From Lama glama (lineage: Eukaryota), in assembly GCA_028534125.1 (NCBI GenBank), contig CM052818.1:41356001-41420000 (forward strand): 64,000 bases of DNA, read 5' to 3'. Each line of letters starts with the position of its first letter. Position 1 is the first letter of the stretch. Shown piece by piece: positions 13,374 through 25,710 of this stretch. Made by a program: the position numbers and the translations under genes. The notes under the pieces were generated by a model that saw only the letters and a list, made by a program, of their open reading frames with translations, ran no database searches and had not been told where the DNA came from.

Positions 13374-14949
13374 TTGAGAGAGAAAGAGGGAGAGAGTTAA
13401 TGTCACACTCCAAAGAATTAAGTGAAGAAAAATAAAAATGTAAGTATAGATCACTAGAAGTGCATGTATTTCATCCTTCAGAAAGCATGTACCAAGGTGA
13501 AATTATGGATATATAATTTTACTTTTTAAAAAAATTAGTTACTATTTATACATTACGGTCAGTGAATAGATAATTCTGCACATTGAGATCTAAATATGTT
13601 TAAATATGTATATTTGTGTTTGTTACTAGAACAAAGTAGTTTTCTGAGACATATATATTGTTAGAAGGAGGAGAGAAAATTTGAGTCCATATGTTCAAAA
13701 CTGCTCACTACACAGAAGAATAGCAGATGCATATCTCCACAATAAGTAAAATTCAATTTCTATTCATATAATCTCTATTGCAGGCTTAATAAAGTATTTG
13801 CATACTGTTAAAAGAGAAAGGAGAAAGAAATTGAATGAGATGCTAGGAGGTTTACCAAATCAGAGATAGAATTTGAATACATCTGGAAAAGATATTTGTA
13901 TAATTAGTCCTTTTAATCTGGTATCTATGGAAACAAACATACATTACTATCCAGAATAGATCGCTGTATCTGTGTTAGTTTAGGACAGAGCCCATCTCAT
14001 TCTGACACCACCATGGCTTCAGAGCCTAAAACCCAGGTTATTTCTCCAAAGGTCGGCCCTGGACCTAAGGGGGTATGACCCAGTCTTAGTATTTATCAAA
14101 TCTGAGCAACCCCTTTTCAGACTATGTAAGTTCACTGCCCTATTTGCAGGTTTTCCAAAGGCTAAAATATGAATTTCAACCACCTTAAAAAAAAAAGGCA
14201 AAAAGTTCCAATAGAAATCTTATGCCAATATGGGTAAATTAAAGACTCAGTTGCTGGGTAGGTAAACTTAGGTTTCCCTGATGGTCCCCATTTCTTCATT
14301 CACCACACAGATGCTAAAGCTGGCATCCGGCTTCCAGAGAACAGGTGGAAAAGAGAATCAAAGATGGAGCTCTGCTGGTGAGAAGGATCTGCACCTACAG
14401 TTCCTGACCCTGGTACCTCCGACTTGGTTGGGATTGCTGGTGTGAGTTTTAAGATTTCTCCAGCACTGGAAGGCTGCCACTCAAAACAGCTCCTGACCAT
14501 CTAACAACTGGTAAGTCAAACCATGAGATGCAATTTGCTCTTCCAGTCATTAGCAAACAGGAAGGTGAATTCAATGGGACATCTAGCAGCAGGGGGCTTA
14601 CGATGCCTGTCGCTGCCAATACAATTTTGTTTAGATCTGTGCTGATGAGAACTAAGAGTACACTTAGGAATTAAAATGTATGTAATATTCAAAGAAAATG
14701 AAAAACAATATAGCTCATTTATCTATCTTTTCCTAAAATGTGCCAATTGGGCCCCTTTGCATGGTTACAGATGGCCCGTCTAAGACTAAATAGCAAGATG
14801 TTATCTGCCATCCTGGAGCTTCATAATGATGATGACAGTGTGTATGTTTTGTGTGTCTGTGTGTATGCGTTCACACAGTGGAGGGGTTGCAGATCATCAG
14901 ATACCTGCCTTTAGGGTTACCATAATAGACAATAATTCATTGTTTTACT

Positions 14950-15330
14950 TTTTTTAAAAGTATTTATTGAATACCACCCAAGTACCAGCACTCTTCTAAG
15001 CACTGAGGATGCAACAATGATAGACACAGACATGTCCTCTGCCCTTAGGAAGCTTGTGTTCTAGTGGAAGTACCTGGCTAGTAAGCAGATAAGCAGGTAG
15101 CGATGTCCGATGTCAGTGCTGTGAGGGAACAGAAAGCTGGGCAAGGGACTAGAAAATGACCAGGATGTCTATGGAATAAGACTGGCCAACAAAGACCTCT
15201 CTGATTAGGTGTCATCTGAACAGAGACCTGAATGAACTGAGAGAATCAGCCCCATGAGCATCTCAGGGAAGACGTTTCCAGGCAGAGAGAATATGAAGTG
15301 TGGAAGGATGTGAGGAAACAGTTGTGGGTG
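14950..15330 (-). mobile_element. L2 LINE 3' end
   Basis: 'gtatttattgaataccacccaagtaccagcactcttctaagcactgaggatgcaacaatga...gacctctctgattaggtgtcatctgaacagagacctgaatga'. Confidence 0.85.
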
Positions 15331-15894
15331 GGTTGTTATTAACCTGCCAGATTCCAAGTAAGTTGGTTTGGGAAAGTCTGCTCTCTGATGAGGACTGACA
15401 GTTTTGTAAGGGAGTTAGAACTGACTTGGTATTCTCTCACCGGGCATGGCGCTACCCACCCTTTACCTTCCACTCCCATTTCTAGAATTACGTGGCTCAA
15501 ATAAAGTGTAAATAGAAAAAACATACAGATAACACATGCATACAATGAGAGGCTTCCCAAAAAGGGATTGGGTAGTATCAAAATTGAGCAATCGTAGGAC
15601 ATCAATGATGCAAGTCGTAACATGTATTATGTTATGGGAAGCCACAGTGAAGATGGCTCTGTGTCTGTGAGATCTCCAAACGTGTGACAGGATTTCTGAT
15701 CCTTCCCAATACTGGGCACTGTGCCCGATGCTGGAAGGAGGGAAAGCCAAAGGAATGCATAATCCGTGTCTCCAGGGAGTTAATGCCTGATTCGAATGAC
15801 AACGGCCCTAATGTATCTTCATGATGCCTCTGAGAACAGCCTTGCAATCTTTGATGTCAGACAGAAAACCGTTCAGAGTCCAATTCTACCACCT

Positions 15895-16025
15895 ACAAGC
15901 TCTCAGGCCATAAATGAATTTTTTAACATTGCGGAAACTCGAATTTCAACATTATACCTACCTCTTAGGCTTGTTGTGAGAATAAATTAGTTAACGTGCA
16001 TAAAGCAACTAGTACTGTGCTGGAT
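15895..16025 (+). mobile_element. MIR SINE 3' part
   Basis: 'tacctacctcttaggcttgttgtgagaataaattagttaacgtgcataaagcaactagtactgtgctgg'. Confidence 0.75.
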
Positions 16026-17231
16026 GTTTCCTTCTGCAGTGGGAAGGTTATTTATTCCTTGGAAGCTAGTGATAGCCTTCAAAATGGCTTTTATGTAAAA
16101 GGCAATTTATCCAAAATAGTGTCATCATTTAGTAGTTATCCAAATGCCTAGATACATTGACTCAGTACAATGGGAATGAATTTGGCATGGCTTATCAATT
16201 TTATATATAGCTCTAATCGTGTCTGTATTTTTTGCATTTTTACATTTTAAATCAGAATTTTGTCATGTCTCTCTGCGAATTATACTCATTAAACGTATCA
16301 ATCCATTTCCACCTAGAATGCATAATCATTCAATCATTCGTTTGCCAAAGTAAGCTCAGAACATATGGATACAATAAATTCTTACATCTGATCAGTTAGC
16401 CATCTCACATACGTTAAATAAACTGAAGTGTATGCTAGATCCTGGATGTACAAAATCAAATACAATCTAACTGGTTTCTACTTTTCAGGAAAACACACTC
16501 TAGTGATGGGGCAGGAAATGTAAACAATGTTTGCAACACAATGTGATCATCAGTGATACAGAGACACCCTCACTTACTTTAGAAGCCCTGGGGAGTGACT
16601 AACTCCATTTAGGTGTTGGGGGTAACTGAGAGAGTCTGAAGTTCTCCAAGAGAGGTGAGAATGGAAATAGTATTTGGAAGTATAAGCATATATGCTACGT
16701 AGTTGAGATTAGGCTGGAAGAGTTTGTGGAATTAATGTGGAGAAAGAAGGATGAGAAGAAAGTTGATGGAGGAATTGAAAGAGCAGGTAAAAATGAGGAA
16801 GGCAAATGATGAGAGAAAAGAGATCAACTAATGAAAAGCTTAAAGCCATCACCTCCATTTACCCACATAATTTCACTGAGAACCTTCTATGCCTTTTATC
16901 CGGCTTAATGCTGGAGACGTAGAACTGAATGTTGTGTGATCCCTACCACATTTTCCTTGAATACATTGCCACCAGTGTTCAAGGGTAAATCTTGCAGACT
17001 TCTCTAGTGCAGAACAAACATTTATTTTATCTGTTAATTTCTCACAAGGAAGACTATATGAGGTGGCAAAGTTTGGAATCAATGGTTCTAAAATATCATT
17101 GCAAACCAGACAGTGGATGTTACAAGGCATTACAAGAAGTGAGGATGCACTTTAAAGCCAGCTGGGTGGTACTTTGGGCATTCAAATAAGAATACATACG
17201 AACTATGCCTCTCTTATTGGAAACATAAATA

Positions 17232-17658
17232 TATATTAGTCAGGATTCTCCAAAGAAACAGAACAAATAGCTTGAGTTTTATAACAGAGAGAAAGAGAGA
17301 GAGATTGATTGATTTTAAGAAATTGACTGATGGGATTTGGGGGACACGGCTGACATCTGCAGGGTAGCCAGCAGTCTGGAGATCTGGGGAAGAGTTGAAT
17401 TTTCAGCTCAAGACTGAAGGCAGGGTGGAAGCAGAATTCCTTTTTCTTTGGAGACCCTCAGTCTTTGCTCTTAAGGCCTTCAACTGATTGGATGAGTCCC
17501 ATCCACGTTATGGAGGGTAATGTGTTTACTCAAAGTTCACTGATTTACATGTTAATCACATCTAAAAAACGCCTTCACGACAACATCTAGGTTGGTGTTT
17601 AACCAAATGACTGGGCAGTACAGCCTTGTCAGGTTGACACATAAAATTAACCATCAGA
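17232..17658 (-). mobile_element. ERVL solo LTR, MLT2-like
   Basis: Starts 'tattagtcaggattctccaaagaaacagaacaaatag'; 'ggccttcaactgattggatgagtcccatccacgttatggagggtaat'; ends 'ttgacacataaaattaaccatca'. Confidence 0.9.
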
Positions 17659-19574
17659 GATCTCTATACAGTTTTAGTCCCTTGGAAGAGCTTATGAAGA
17701 ACAACGGGTGGGAACAATTCTCTAAACTGGTGCCATATTTCAAGGCAATAGGCTGTACGCTGCTAACAATGATTCAGATGGTGCTAACAATCAGCGCTTA
17801 CTGAAATTCCATTGATTCATTCATTCTTTTGATAAATATTTACTGAGAACATCCTATTTGTCAAATCTTGTCATTTGAGAGAAATCAATAAGTTATTAAC
17901 TTGTCCCAAGAAGCTTACACTTAGAAATAAATATCAAAATTAGAATAACCCTTAGAAATAAGTTAATCTAGAGGAATGGGGAGAATCTAACTCCTAATCA
18001 CACAGTGTATGAATCCCAGAGCTGGGGTCCTGGTTCAGAAAGGCTCATCTCCATGAAGTACTCTTGTCTCTGAATGAGAATTCAGTTGCTTCTCATATTT
18101 CTGGGCTCAGCTTCACGTACCAAGCATGGTGTAACCCTCCCGAGAAAATGTCGAGGTCTCGTTGCACAATCAAATGAGCCACATTAGAATTTTGAAACGT
18201 ATGATGATGTGTAGAATGATCCAGAAAAGCAAGAAGACTCTCTTATCTGCTCTTACGTGGGCTTCTAGACAGTAGATCTTAAACACACACACAACAGAGG
18301 GATTTTGCTCCCCCTATCGCATCACAGAGAGATAAGGCAGACAGGGCAGAGCTGAAAGAGCAGCCATGTGACTCCAGGATAATGTTATGGGAACATGGAA
18401 GAGCCCAGGGAAGAGGGTCCTCCGGAGCAGGGGTGTGATCCTTCTGCTTAAGTTGTATTGGCTGGTGTGAGTCTTGTTTTCCATTCCTAACCAAGGAAGC
18501 CATCGGCTCAGGCTTTTGAAAGCATCAACCCTGACTGCATGACTGACCAACTCATTAAAATAGAAAAATGCAATAAAATAAATAAAAGACATTCATAACA
18601 AGCCCTCCATCTAGAATTTAGCTTCTTCAGAGAAACAAAAAAACTTAATAAAACTAAATAAAAATGCCTAGCACTGTTTTTCCAATTTCCTGCCTCATTC
18701 TTGTTAATCTATTTTAAGGAGATTTTCGTTATCTCTGAGCAAAGCAGGAATAGTTGTTCCCTCTTTAGGAAGCAGCTCCGCCCCAGTGAAGTACTTTATG
18801 CTTTTCTAACAGAGCAGACAGGGAATTGTGACAGCGAGGTAGCCCAGTCGAGAGGCATCTTTTGCTAGTCAGTCTTTGTGCAGTGCCTGAATAAGAATAG
18901 CTTCAAGCATAGTCTAATGACAGATCTAGAAAGGCAAGGTTTCCTTGTTGTCTGTTCCAGAACTGCCTTTTCAGGTAGCCGTTACACATTATGATTCTCT
19001 CTGGATCAATAGAAAGATGAGATACAGATAATTCGCGCACAGAGAATGATGGCTGTGTGTAATCTCTGGCGTGGCACTGAAGAACATCTTAAACAAAACT
19101 AACAAAAGCTAGGTAGGTGCAAGCTTTATCCAACTGCATCCTGTCACAATCCTCTCCCAATTTCAGCCACTTTCTACCATCTTGTCAACTGAAGACACTA
19201 TCGGTAGAGAAATTGGCCTGTCACCGTGACCTTATTCTCTTGGACTATTTTTTGTGAGTGCTCCTTTCCAATCTGTTGGAGATCTACCTGTATCCGTGAC
19301 ATCCAGCACACTATCTTGGCGTTTAGAGCTCTCCCCACGTGCAGTGTCAATAAATCAAACTTCATAAAGAAGGTGCCAATTGTGTTAGTTCTTGAAAAGC
19401 ATTGAGAAATTGGGCATGAAGAAATGGTGCAGTTCAAGGAGAAAAAAAACTATCATTATTATGCATTTGATGTAATTAATCCACCACCTCCTCAACGCTC
19501 ATTTAGTGGCTGGAAACTTCAGATAAGCACTGCGATGTTTGCAAGGAGACCATGACAAGTAAAGATAGGTGTTA

Positions 19575-19788
19575 CTCTATTTTACACAACAAATTCACAT
19601 TGCATAGCACAGGGAACTATGATAAGTAACTTGTAGTCATTTATGGTGAAAAAGAATATGAAAATGAATGTTATGTTCACGTATGACTGAAGCATTGTGC
19701 TGTACACCAGAAATTGATACAACATGTGAACTGACTATATGTCAATACAAATATATACATACACACACACACACACATACACACAAAA
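19575..19788 (+). mobile_element. Young lineage-specific L1 3' end with perfect 14-bp TSD
   Basis: Same family as 4890-5070; TSD aaagataggtgtta at 19561-19574 and 19789-19802; tail is TA/CA repeat. Confidence 0.9.
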
Positions 19789-21294
19789 AAAGATAGGTGT
19801 TAATTTGACTATTGTTAATTTGAGTTGGGCTTTTCCTAGGATTTATTAGATTTAACTCTTTGTAAAAAAAATAAAATAGAAAAAGTAAAACAAAAAATTG
19901 CAGTGTTGGGTTTTATCGTATGTATCTGCCATTGGTGATCAAGGCACTCTTCTCCCAATCAAGGGGAGGAGAAATTTTTGAGATTCACAGAGATCTCATC
20001 CTTGGGAGCTCAGTATGAAGCAGGAATATGCTCTCTGCCTTTAGCTCTAGAACCATTTTGGTAAAAATCAAAATGAGGGCTTATCCATTGGAGAGCAGAT
20101 CTCTGTGTCTTTCTGTCAAGAATCCCAAGCCCTCCCCATCACCCCCCAAAACAGCTGAACAGACTGTATGCTTAAGTGAGAACTTTACTTTACATCTTCA
20201 AAGCCTGAAGATGAATTAGGAAAGAGATGAGTGTGAGGTGGTGGAAACCAGGACGGCTCTAAAGACACACACTTGGAAAATAGTTTTCAAAATTGTTGTT
20301 GTCTGTGTTTGTTTTATTTTGTTCGGCACACCTCAGCCTGAGGAGCTCTTTCCCTGGAATCGTGAAACAGGTTTGCTTATTTCCTTATATTGTGTCTGTG
20401 TGTGCATGTTCATTTGCCCTTGCATGTATGTGGTTCCTATGGGAAAGGAAGTCATTTTTCAAAATATCCAATATGCAGAACAATTGTTAGTAGAAAAAGG
20501 GGAATCTGCTGCAAAACTCTGGACATCTAATCTCCTCTTCTCTGTACAGTGACTTCAAGAGTTTGGTTTCCACGAACGTCTCAAATTTATACTTTGCGTA
20601 GGGATTTTGCTCATGAACTTCAGTAAGGCTTTCTTTTACTCAAGGCTCCTTTGCTCAACTTCTAGTTTAATTTCCACTTTAGAATCCAGTGCTCCCATTC
20701 TGGACATCTACTAATGCTCCTGCACCAACCAGTTCACTGACTGCCCAGACAAGGTCTCCCTATTTCCTCAGCCCCACCCCTGTCCCCAGATCCACTGAGT
20801 GACAAGTCACATTGCATCACTGAATATGGAAGCGGATGCAAATAAGGGACAGTCTGTGTTCTTTGACCTTCAGTGCTAGGTTCCTGTCTAGGATAATTCA
20901 GAAAGAGTTCCATCCATAATGAAGCCTTGTAGAATTTCATTTGCCTTTGAAATAAATCGATTAAGACTAAGTTCATGGCCAAGAATTAAGCTTCATTTAA
21001 ACTAACCTACCTCAGACCATGATAAAGACCTTGTCTCGTAGCCAACAATTCAATCTTCACCTTGTACGTTGGAGAGGAAGCATCCTACCCTCGGCCGAGC
21101 CACTTGTTTTAGCGAACAGCTCCTTCTGTGAAAGCCATGGGGGCACATCCAGGGTGAGGATGGCAGCGTGATTACAGGAGAACTTCCGCTTGTTTTCAGT
21201 TTCTGCAGTTTAGCAGGCCTGGAAAAACCAACCCAGATTACAGGGAATTTTGTCCAGGTAGCACCAGGATGGATCAGGTGTCTACACTGTGAGG

Positions 21295-21722
21295 TTTAAA
21301 GGACAGTGTGCTAAGTGAAACAAGCCAGGCACAGAAAGACGAATACTGCATGATCTTATTATAGGTGGAATCTAAAAAGTTGAATATGCAGAAGCAGATG
21401 ATTGAAGAGTGGTTACTAGGGGTGGGGGATTGGGGGGCAGGGGGCAGTGAGAGATGTTGGTCAAAGGGGACAAAGCTGCAGTTATGTAGGGTGAATAAGT
21501 CTGCAGATCTGATGAAAAGCATGACAACTACGGTTAACAATACTATGTTGACTCCTGGAAATATGCCAAGAGCAGGTTTCAGAGGGGTTCTCATCACACG
21601 CAACCAATGACAACTCAGTGGGAATATGATATGTCACCTACTTATTACTATAGTAACCTCCTCACTGTGTATATGTGTTTCAAATTATGTTATGCACAAG
21701 AATATACAATTATTATTAAAAT
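21295..21722 (+). mobile_element. L1 3' end (L1MA-like)
   Basis: 'gtgctaagtgaaacaagccaggcacagaaagacgaatactgcatgatc...ggaatctaaaaa...ttggtcaaaggggacaaagctgcagttatgtagggtgaataagtctg'. Confidence 0.85.
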
Positions 21723-21784
21723 TAGATAAAATGTTTTAAGAATGTGGGCCCAGAGGAATGTAAAAAGTTTCCTACAGGCAAGTC

Positions 21785-21890
21785 TTCCTTTCTTTCTCCT
21801 TTCCCTCCCTCCCTCCTTCCCTTCTTCTCTTCCTTCCTTCCTTCTGTTTTTTTTTTTTTTCTTTCTCTCTTTGTTTCATCCTGTCCTTTT
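21785..21890. repeat. Pyrimidine-rich (CCTT/CTTT, polyT) low-complexity tract
   Basis: Direct read. Confidence 0.9.
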
Positions 21891-22749
21891 TTCAACATGG
21901 CTACAGTGGAAAAAAGCGTCAGGGAGAAAATTTCAGGAGAAGGAAAATAGATCGTCCAAAGACATAGGACTGTCTGAAGAGAAGAAAAGAGATTTGGCAA
22001 AGAAAGCAGACTATAGGCTTCCATTTCACAAACATGGAAACAGTTCTGTAAATTATCTGTATATATAGGCAGAGAAACTGAAAAGACTGAATAAAGCTGA
22101 TGGCTACTGTCGGTCGACGAGACCCTGAAGTGAGGCGTGGAGAAGCCAGGCTGTTCCCTGGGCTGAGGTGATAGCAGGAAGGAAATGTGTGTGAAATCAG
22201 CTTTTGTGAGATGAGTTAAGCTAGTGCTGTGAAGAAGGAAAGTAGACTTTGCCAACCTCTGTGAACCAGTCATTGGGTTAAAGTCCAACTTTGTCTTTCA
22301 ACTAAAATTTTTGATTTAGTTCTGCTTGTATTTCTAGCATTCCTGGGAATTCTAGCAAAGAGGGCATTTGGGGATGCTATCCTGGCCCCAGGAAATTAAA
22401 ATATAATCTTGGTAGACTTATTGGAAATTGTACCAAGATGCATTTTATAATGTGCTGGTACATGGCCACTTTTTGGCACTCAGATCTCACTGTAGGAGCC
22501 AGGCAAATTCACTTAGTGGCCGTAACATTCTCTCAAGGGTGACATCCTGAATTGCACTCAGGCCATGGAAATAAAAATATTTGATTCAGATACAGTGCAG
22601 TTGACTCTTGAATTTGAAATTTTAATTTGAATGTTCCTCTTGCAATGAATAAGTGTCCCCAATCTAGTACATGAAAGCATATGGTGTCGTCTCTCACACA
22701 AGCTTCCAGTCTCTCACAGGCTGTGAGAATTAATAACAATAAAAGTAAC

Positions 22750-22990
22750 AACTTGTTTGTGTTTGAATGGTTTACACAATTCTTTCATGTGTATCATCCT
22801 GTAGACTTTCATAACAACCTTCTGCAGTAGGCAGTGCAGGGAATATAATTACGCTCTTTTTATAGGTGTGGAAACTCGAGGTCCAGGTTGGTTAATCAGC
22901 CAGCCCAGTATCACATCATTGGTCAGTGACAGATCCAGATGACAGGTCCATATTGTGTCTGTCAATTCTGGTGTTCCAGTCATTCCACAG
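22750..22990 (-). mobile_element. MIR SINE
   Basis: 'cataacaaccttctgcagtagg...ttttataggtgtggaaactcgagg...ccagtatcacatc'. Confidence 0.7.
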
Positions 22991-23704
22991 TGGTGCCATG
23001 ACAGGGCTCTGTTGTTCAGTCCCCCCTAGAGAGGACATTTAAAATTCTTAAAAGCCCAAAGACCATATGTGCTTATCTCTAGAAGTAATACTAAAACAAG
23101 AGACTGGAGAAAATGTATCCTACTCCACCGCCAGGCTTTAGGAACAGTAATGGATGCAGTGGAAGCAGCTCTAAAAACGGAAGGAAAGCCAGCCAAGGAC
23201 CTCACCTGAGCTGGGGAGAAAGGGCAATGTTTGGGTCTGCCAGAGCTGAGAAAAATCGCTGAATCATCTGCATGCATTGAACTTAAAGACAGAACAATGA
23301 GTTTCAGTGTTCTTGATTCTCTGGAAGATTGGTGAATAAATGGTCTCGTTAAAGAACCATCTAGATTGACCCTGCTCCCAGCCTCAGGCCATCTCCTCTC
23401 AGTCATGTTGCCAGTGTCCACTATCTTGTGCAGATCTGAGGCCGCTTCAGCACTAGAAGTGGCTGCTGCCATTCACAAAGCACCAGCTTCTATCCAAATG
23501 TCAACATGATATTTCTACTTGGTGCCATGACTTCATCTGTTGTCACGAGTTCTTGTCTTGGCAGGCAGAGGTACTTGGGGGTGTGGAGGTCAGTATCCTT
23601 GTGCAAGAACACTGAAAGAACGGTACTGAAGTCTCTTACTACTTTCAGCTACCACCCAATAGGACAGCCATGGTCATAAGAGTGCTAAACTACCCAAATC
23701 ATAA

Positions 23705-23945
23705 TAAATAGCTATTTTTTTCAACAAATATTTACTGAGGACTTACTATGTTCCAAGCACTGTTCAGAACATCACACGTATCTGTTGACTTGATCTTCAC
23801 CACACCAGTATGAGACAGGTTCAGGTCAGGCCATCCCCATTTCACAGATGGAGAAACTGAAGCACAGAGAAGTTAACTTGCCCAAGGTTATAAACTAATG
23901 TTAGGGAATATGGATTCCAAAACCAGGTAATCTGATTCCTAATCG
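23705..23945 (-). mobile_element. MIR SINE, near full length
   Basis: 'ccccatttcacagatggagaaactgaagcacagagaagttaacttgcccaaggttata'. Confidence 0.9.
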
Positions 23946-24047
23946 ACTCTAAGATGCTAGAAAACAACAGGGCATATAAAACCATTCTCAGGTGTTATTT
24001 TAGTAACAGGAGTGTCCAACCTTCTGGGACAGGACAATTTCCCCAAC

Positions 24048-24238
24048 TGGGTGGTCTGATTTCCCAAATGAAAATACATGATTCCCTGTTAAATTTTAAT
24101 TTCAGGTCAACAACAAATAAATTTTTAAGGATAAGTTTGTCCTATGCATACCTGGGACATACTTAACCTCAAAAACTTTTCCTGTCGATCAGAAATTCAA
24201 ATTTAACTGAGTACTCTGTATTTTATCTGGCAGCCCTA
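24048..24238. mobile_element. MER53 palindromic hAT MITE, full length
   Basis: Self-complementary arms (ctgttaaattttaatttcag / cagaaattcaaatttaactgag), end 'atctggcagcccta', 8-bp TSD tccccaac (24040-47) / cccccaac (24239-46). Confidence 0.9.
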
Positions 24239-25529
24239 CCCCCAACCCATCACTGCCACCTGCTTCATGAGTCAAGCTGTCTTTATTTAGATGCTCTTAC
24301 AGTCGGGCAGTTCTGACTATTCTTGCTGCACTTGGATCACTTCTGTGGGATCTTCATCAACCAAGATGAGTGAGGCCAATTAGATTTAACCCTCTGGAAT
24401 TTCTTTGCAGGCTTTCACCATGAAAGCTTGGGATCTCTTAACATCTCCCCTAAGGCAGCGCCCTGACTGAGAGAGGTATGCCCTACCTTCGTCCTCAGGC
24501 AAGGAAGCATCTTGAAGGGAGTGGCTTGGATGAAATTCTCTCAGGTCCTCTTCCCATATGCTGTTTTCCCTAGAATGGGATTGTCACAAACCAGAATATC
24601 AGTGTATTAAGAATCTCCTCCTATTAGCAGCTAACATTTAGAACCCTTCTCTTTGGAACTTACTGTGAACTTGGCATCTGTCCAAGCATCTGAGAATTCT
24701 TGGTCCCGGCCTCTCTGGCAACAGCCAGCAAGAAATGACCTCTTCAATGCCAGCTTCCTGCCACGTGTGAAATTTTCCAAGACACCTCATATTTTTACCC
24801 TCCAAGAAACTGGGGGGGCGGTGCGCTCCACCCTCTGAAGAGTGAGTAACCTGTGGTCCTTGCCACCAAGGAGCCCGACATGCTGAGTCTGAACAAAGAC
24901 TTAGGCCACTGCCGGCATTTGAGTAAGAAGTCAGCTGAGCAAAACTGGTTTTTCGCCCTGTATCTGTACTCCAAAGTCACCCAAGTTTCCTACACCAGGC
25001 ATACAGTGAGCACCGAGGAACTCTTAGGAAGAAGAGAATTAAGAGAAAGAGGCTCTGAAATTGCAGAAGTGAAATATGAGTTTTCTATCACATCTAAGAC
25101 CTTTCCAAGCTGGCTAATTAAATTATACCTTCCAACCGAGAATGTAAACACAATTTCGGGTTCTAATCTCTCAGTAATCAAGCATTCTATTATTAATGTC
25201 CTCTTCCTTTTTCTGAGCGTAATTGCGCTTTGTACTACATGTGGCATTGATTAGCAGTAGGAAGTGTGTGTTCTGTTTTGTTGGCTTGTGAGAAAAGTGG
25301 CTATAAAAAGGCATTGAATTGGGAAGTAAGCTCTATCCAGCTGTGCTATGTTGCGTAGGGGGTCTGTGTCTGAGGAAGAAAACCCAACCAGCTTTTTAGT
25401 TTGAAATCACAGCATAAAGTTCCATAGTGCCTGTGAAACCACCATTCTTGACCCCAAATCAATTGGGAACTTTTAGCAACAATGATCTGTGTGGAGTTTT
25501 ACATACTTTTTTTTTTTTACAGGTATCAT

Positions 25530-25710
25530 TTTAGTTAATCTGGACCATATATCTGTGAGTTAAACATTTTTATCCAGATTTGCCAGATGAAAAGTCTGAT
25601 GCTTAGCAAGGTCAAGTAATTTTGGTCAGAACGTACAGATAGCGTGATGGGGATAATGTTTAAACACAAACGTTGCAATTTCAAATCCTGTGCTCTTTGT
25701 GTTATAGGAC
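25530..25710 (-). mobile_element. MIR SINE, followed by an antisense L2 relic (about 25735-26110)
   Basis: 'ccagatttgccagatgaaaagtctgatgcttagcaaggtcaagtaattttggtcaga'. Confidence 0.65.

Noticed and set aside
14311..14447. Exon-like segment (cacag|ATG...|gtgagt)
   Set aside because: Weak polypyrimidine tract, unrecognised peptide and no partner exons; cannot be supported without RNA data
21722..22288. 188-aa ORF and overlapping frames
   Set aside because: Driven by the CT-rich low-complexity tract; no protein similarity recognised
23026..23472. 148-aa minus-strand ORF (MAAATSSAE...), and a plus-strand peptide LEKMYPTPP near 23105-23131 reminiscent of MED13
   Set aside because: No recognisable domain, promoter or splice context. 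The short resemblance does not extend in frame, so it is probably chance.
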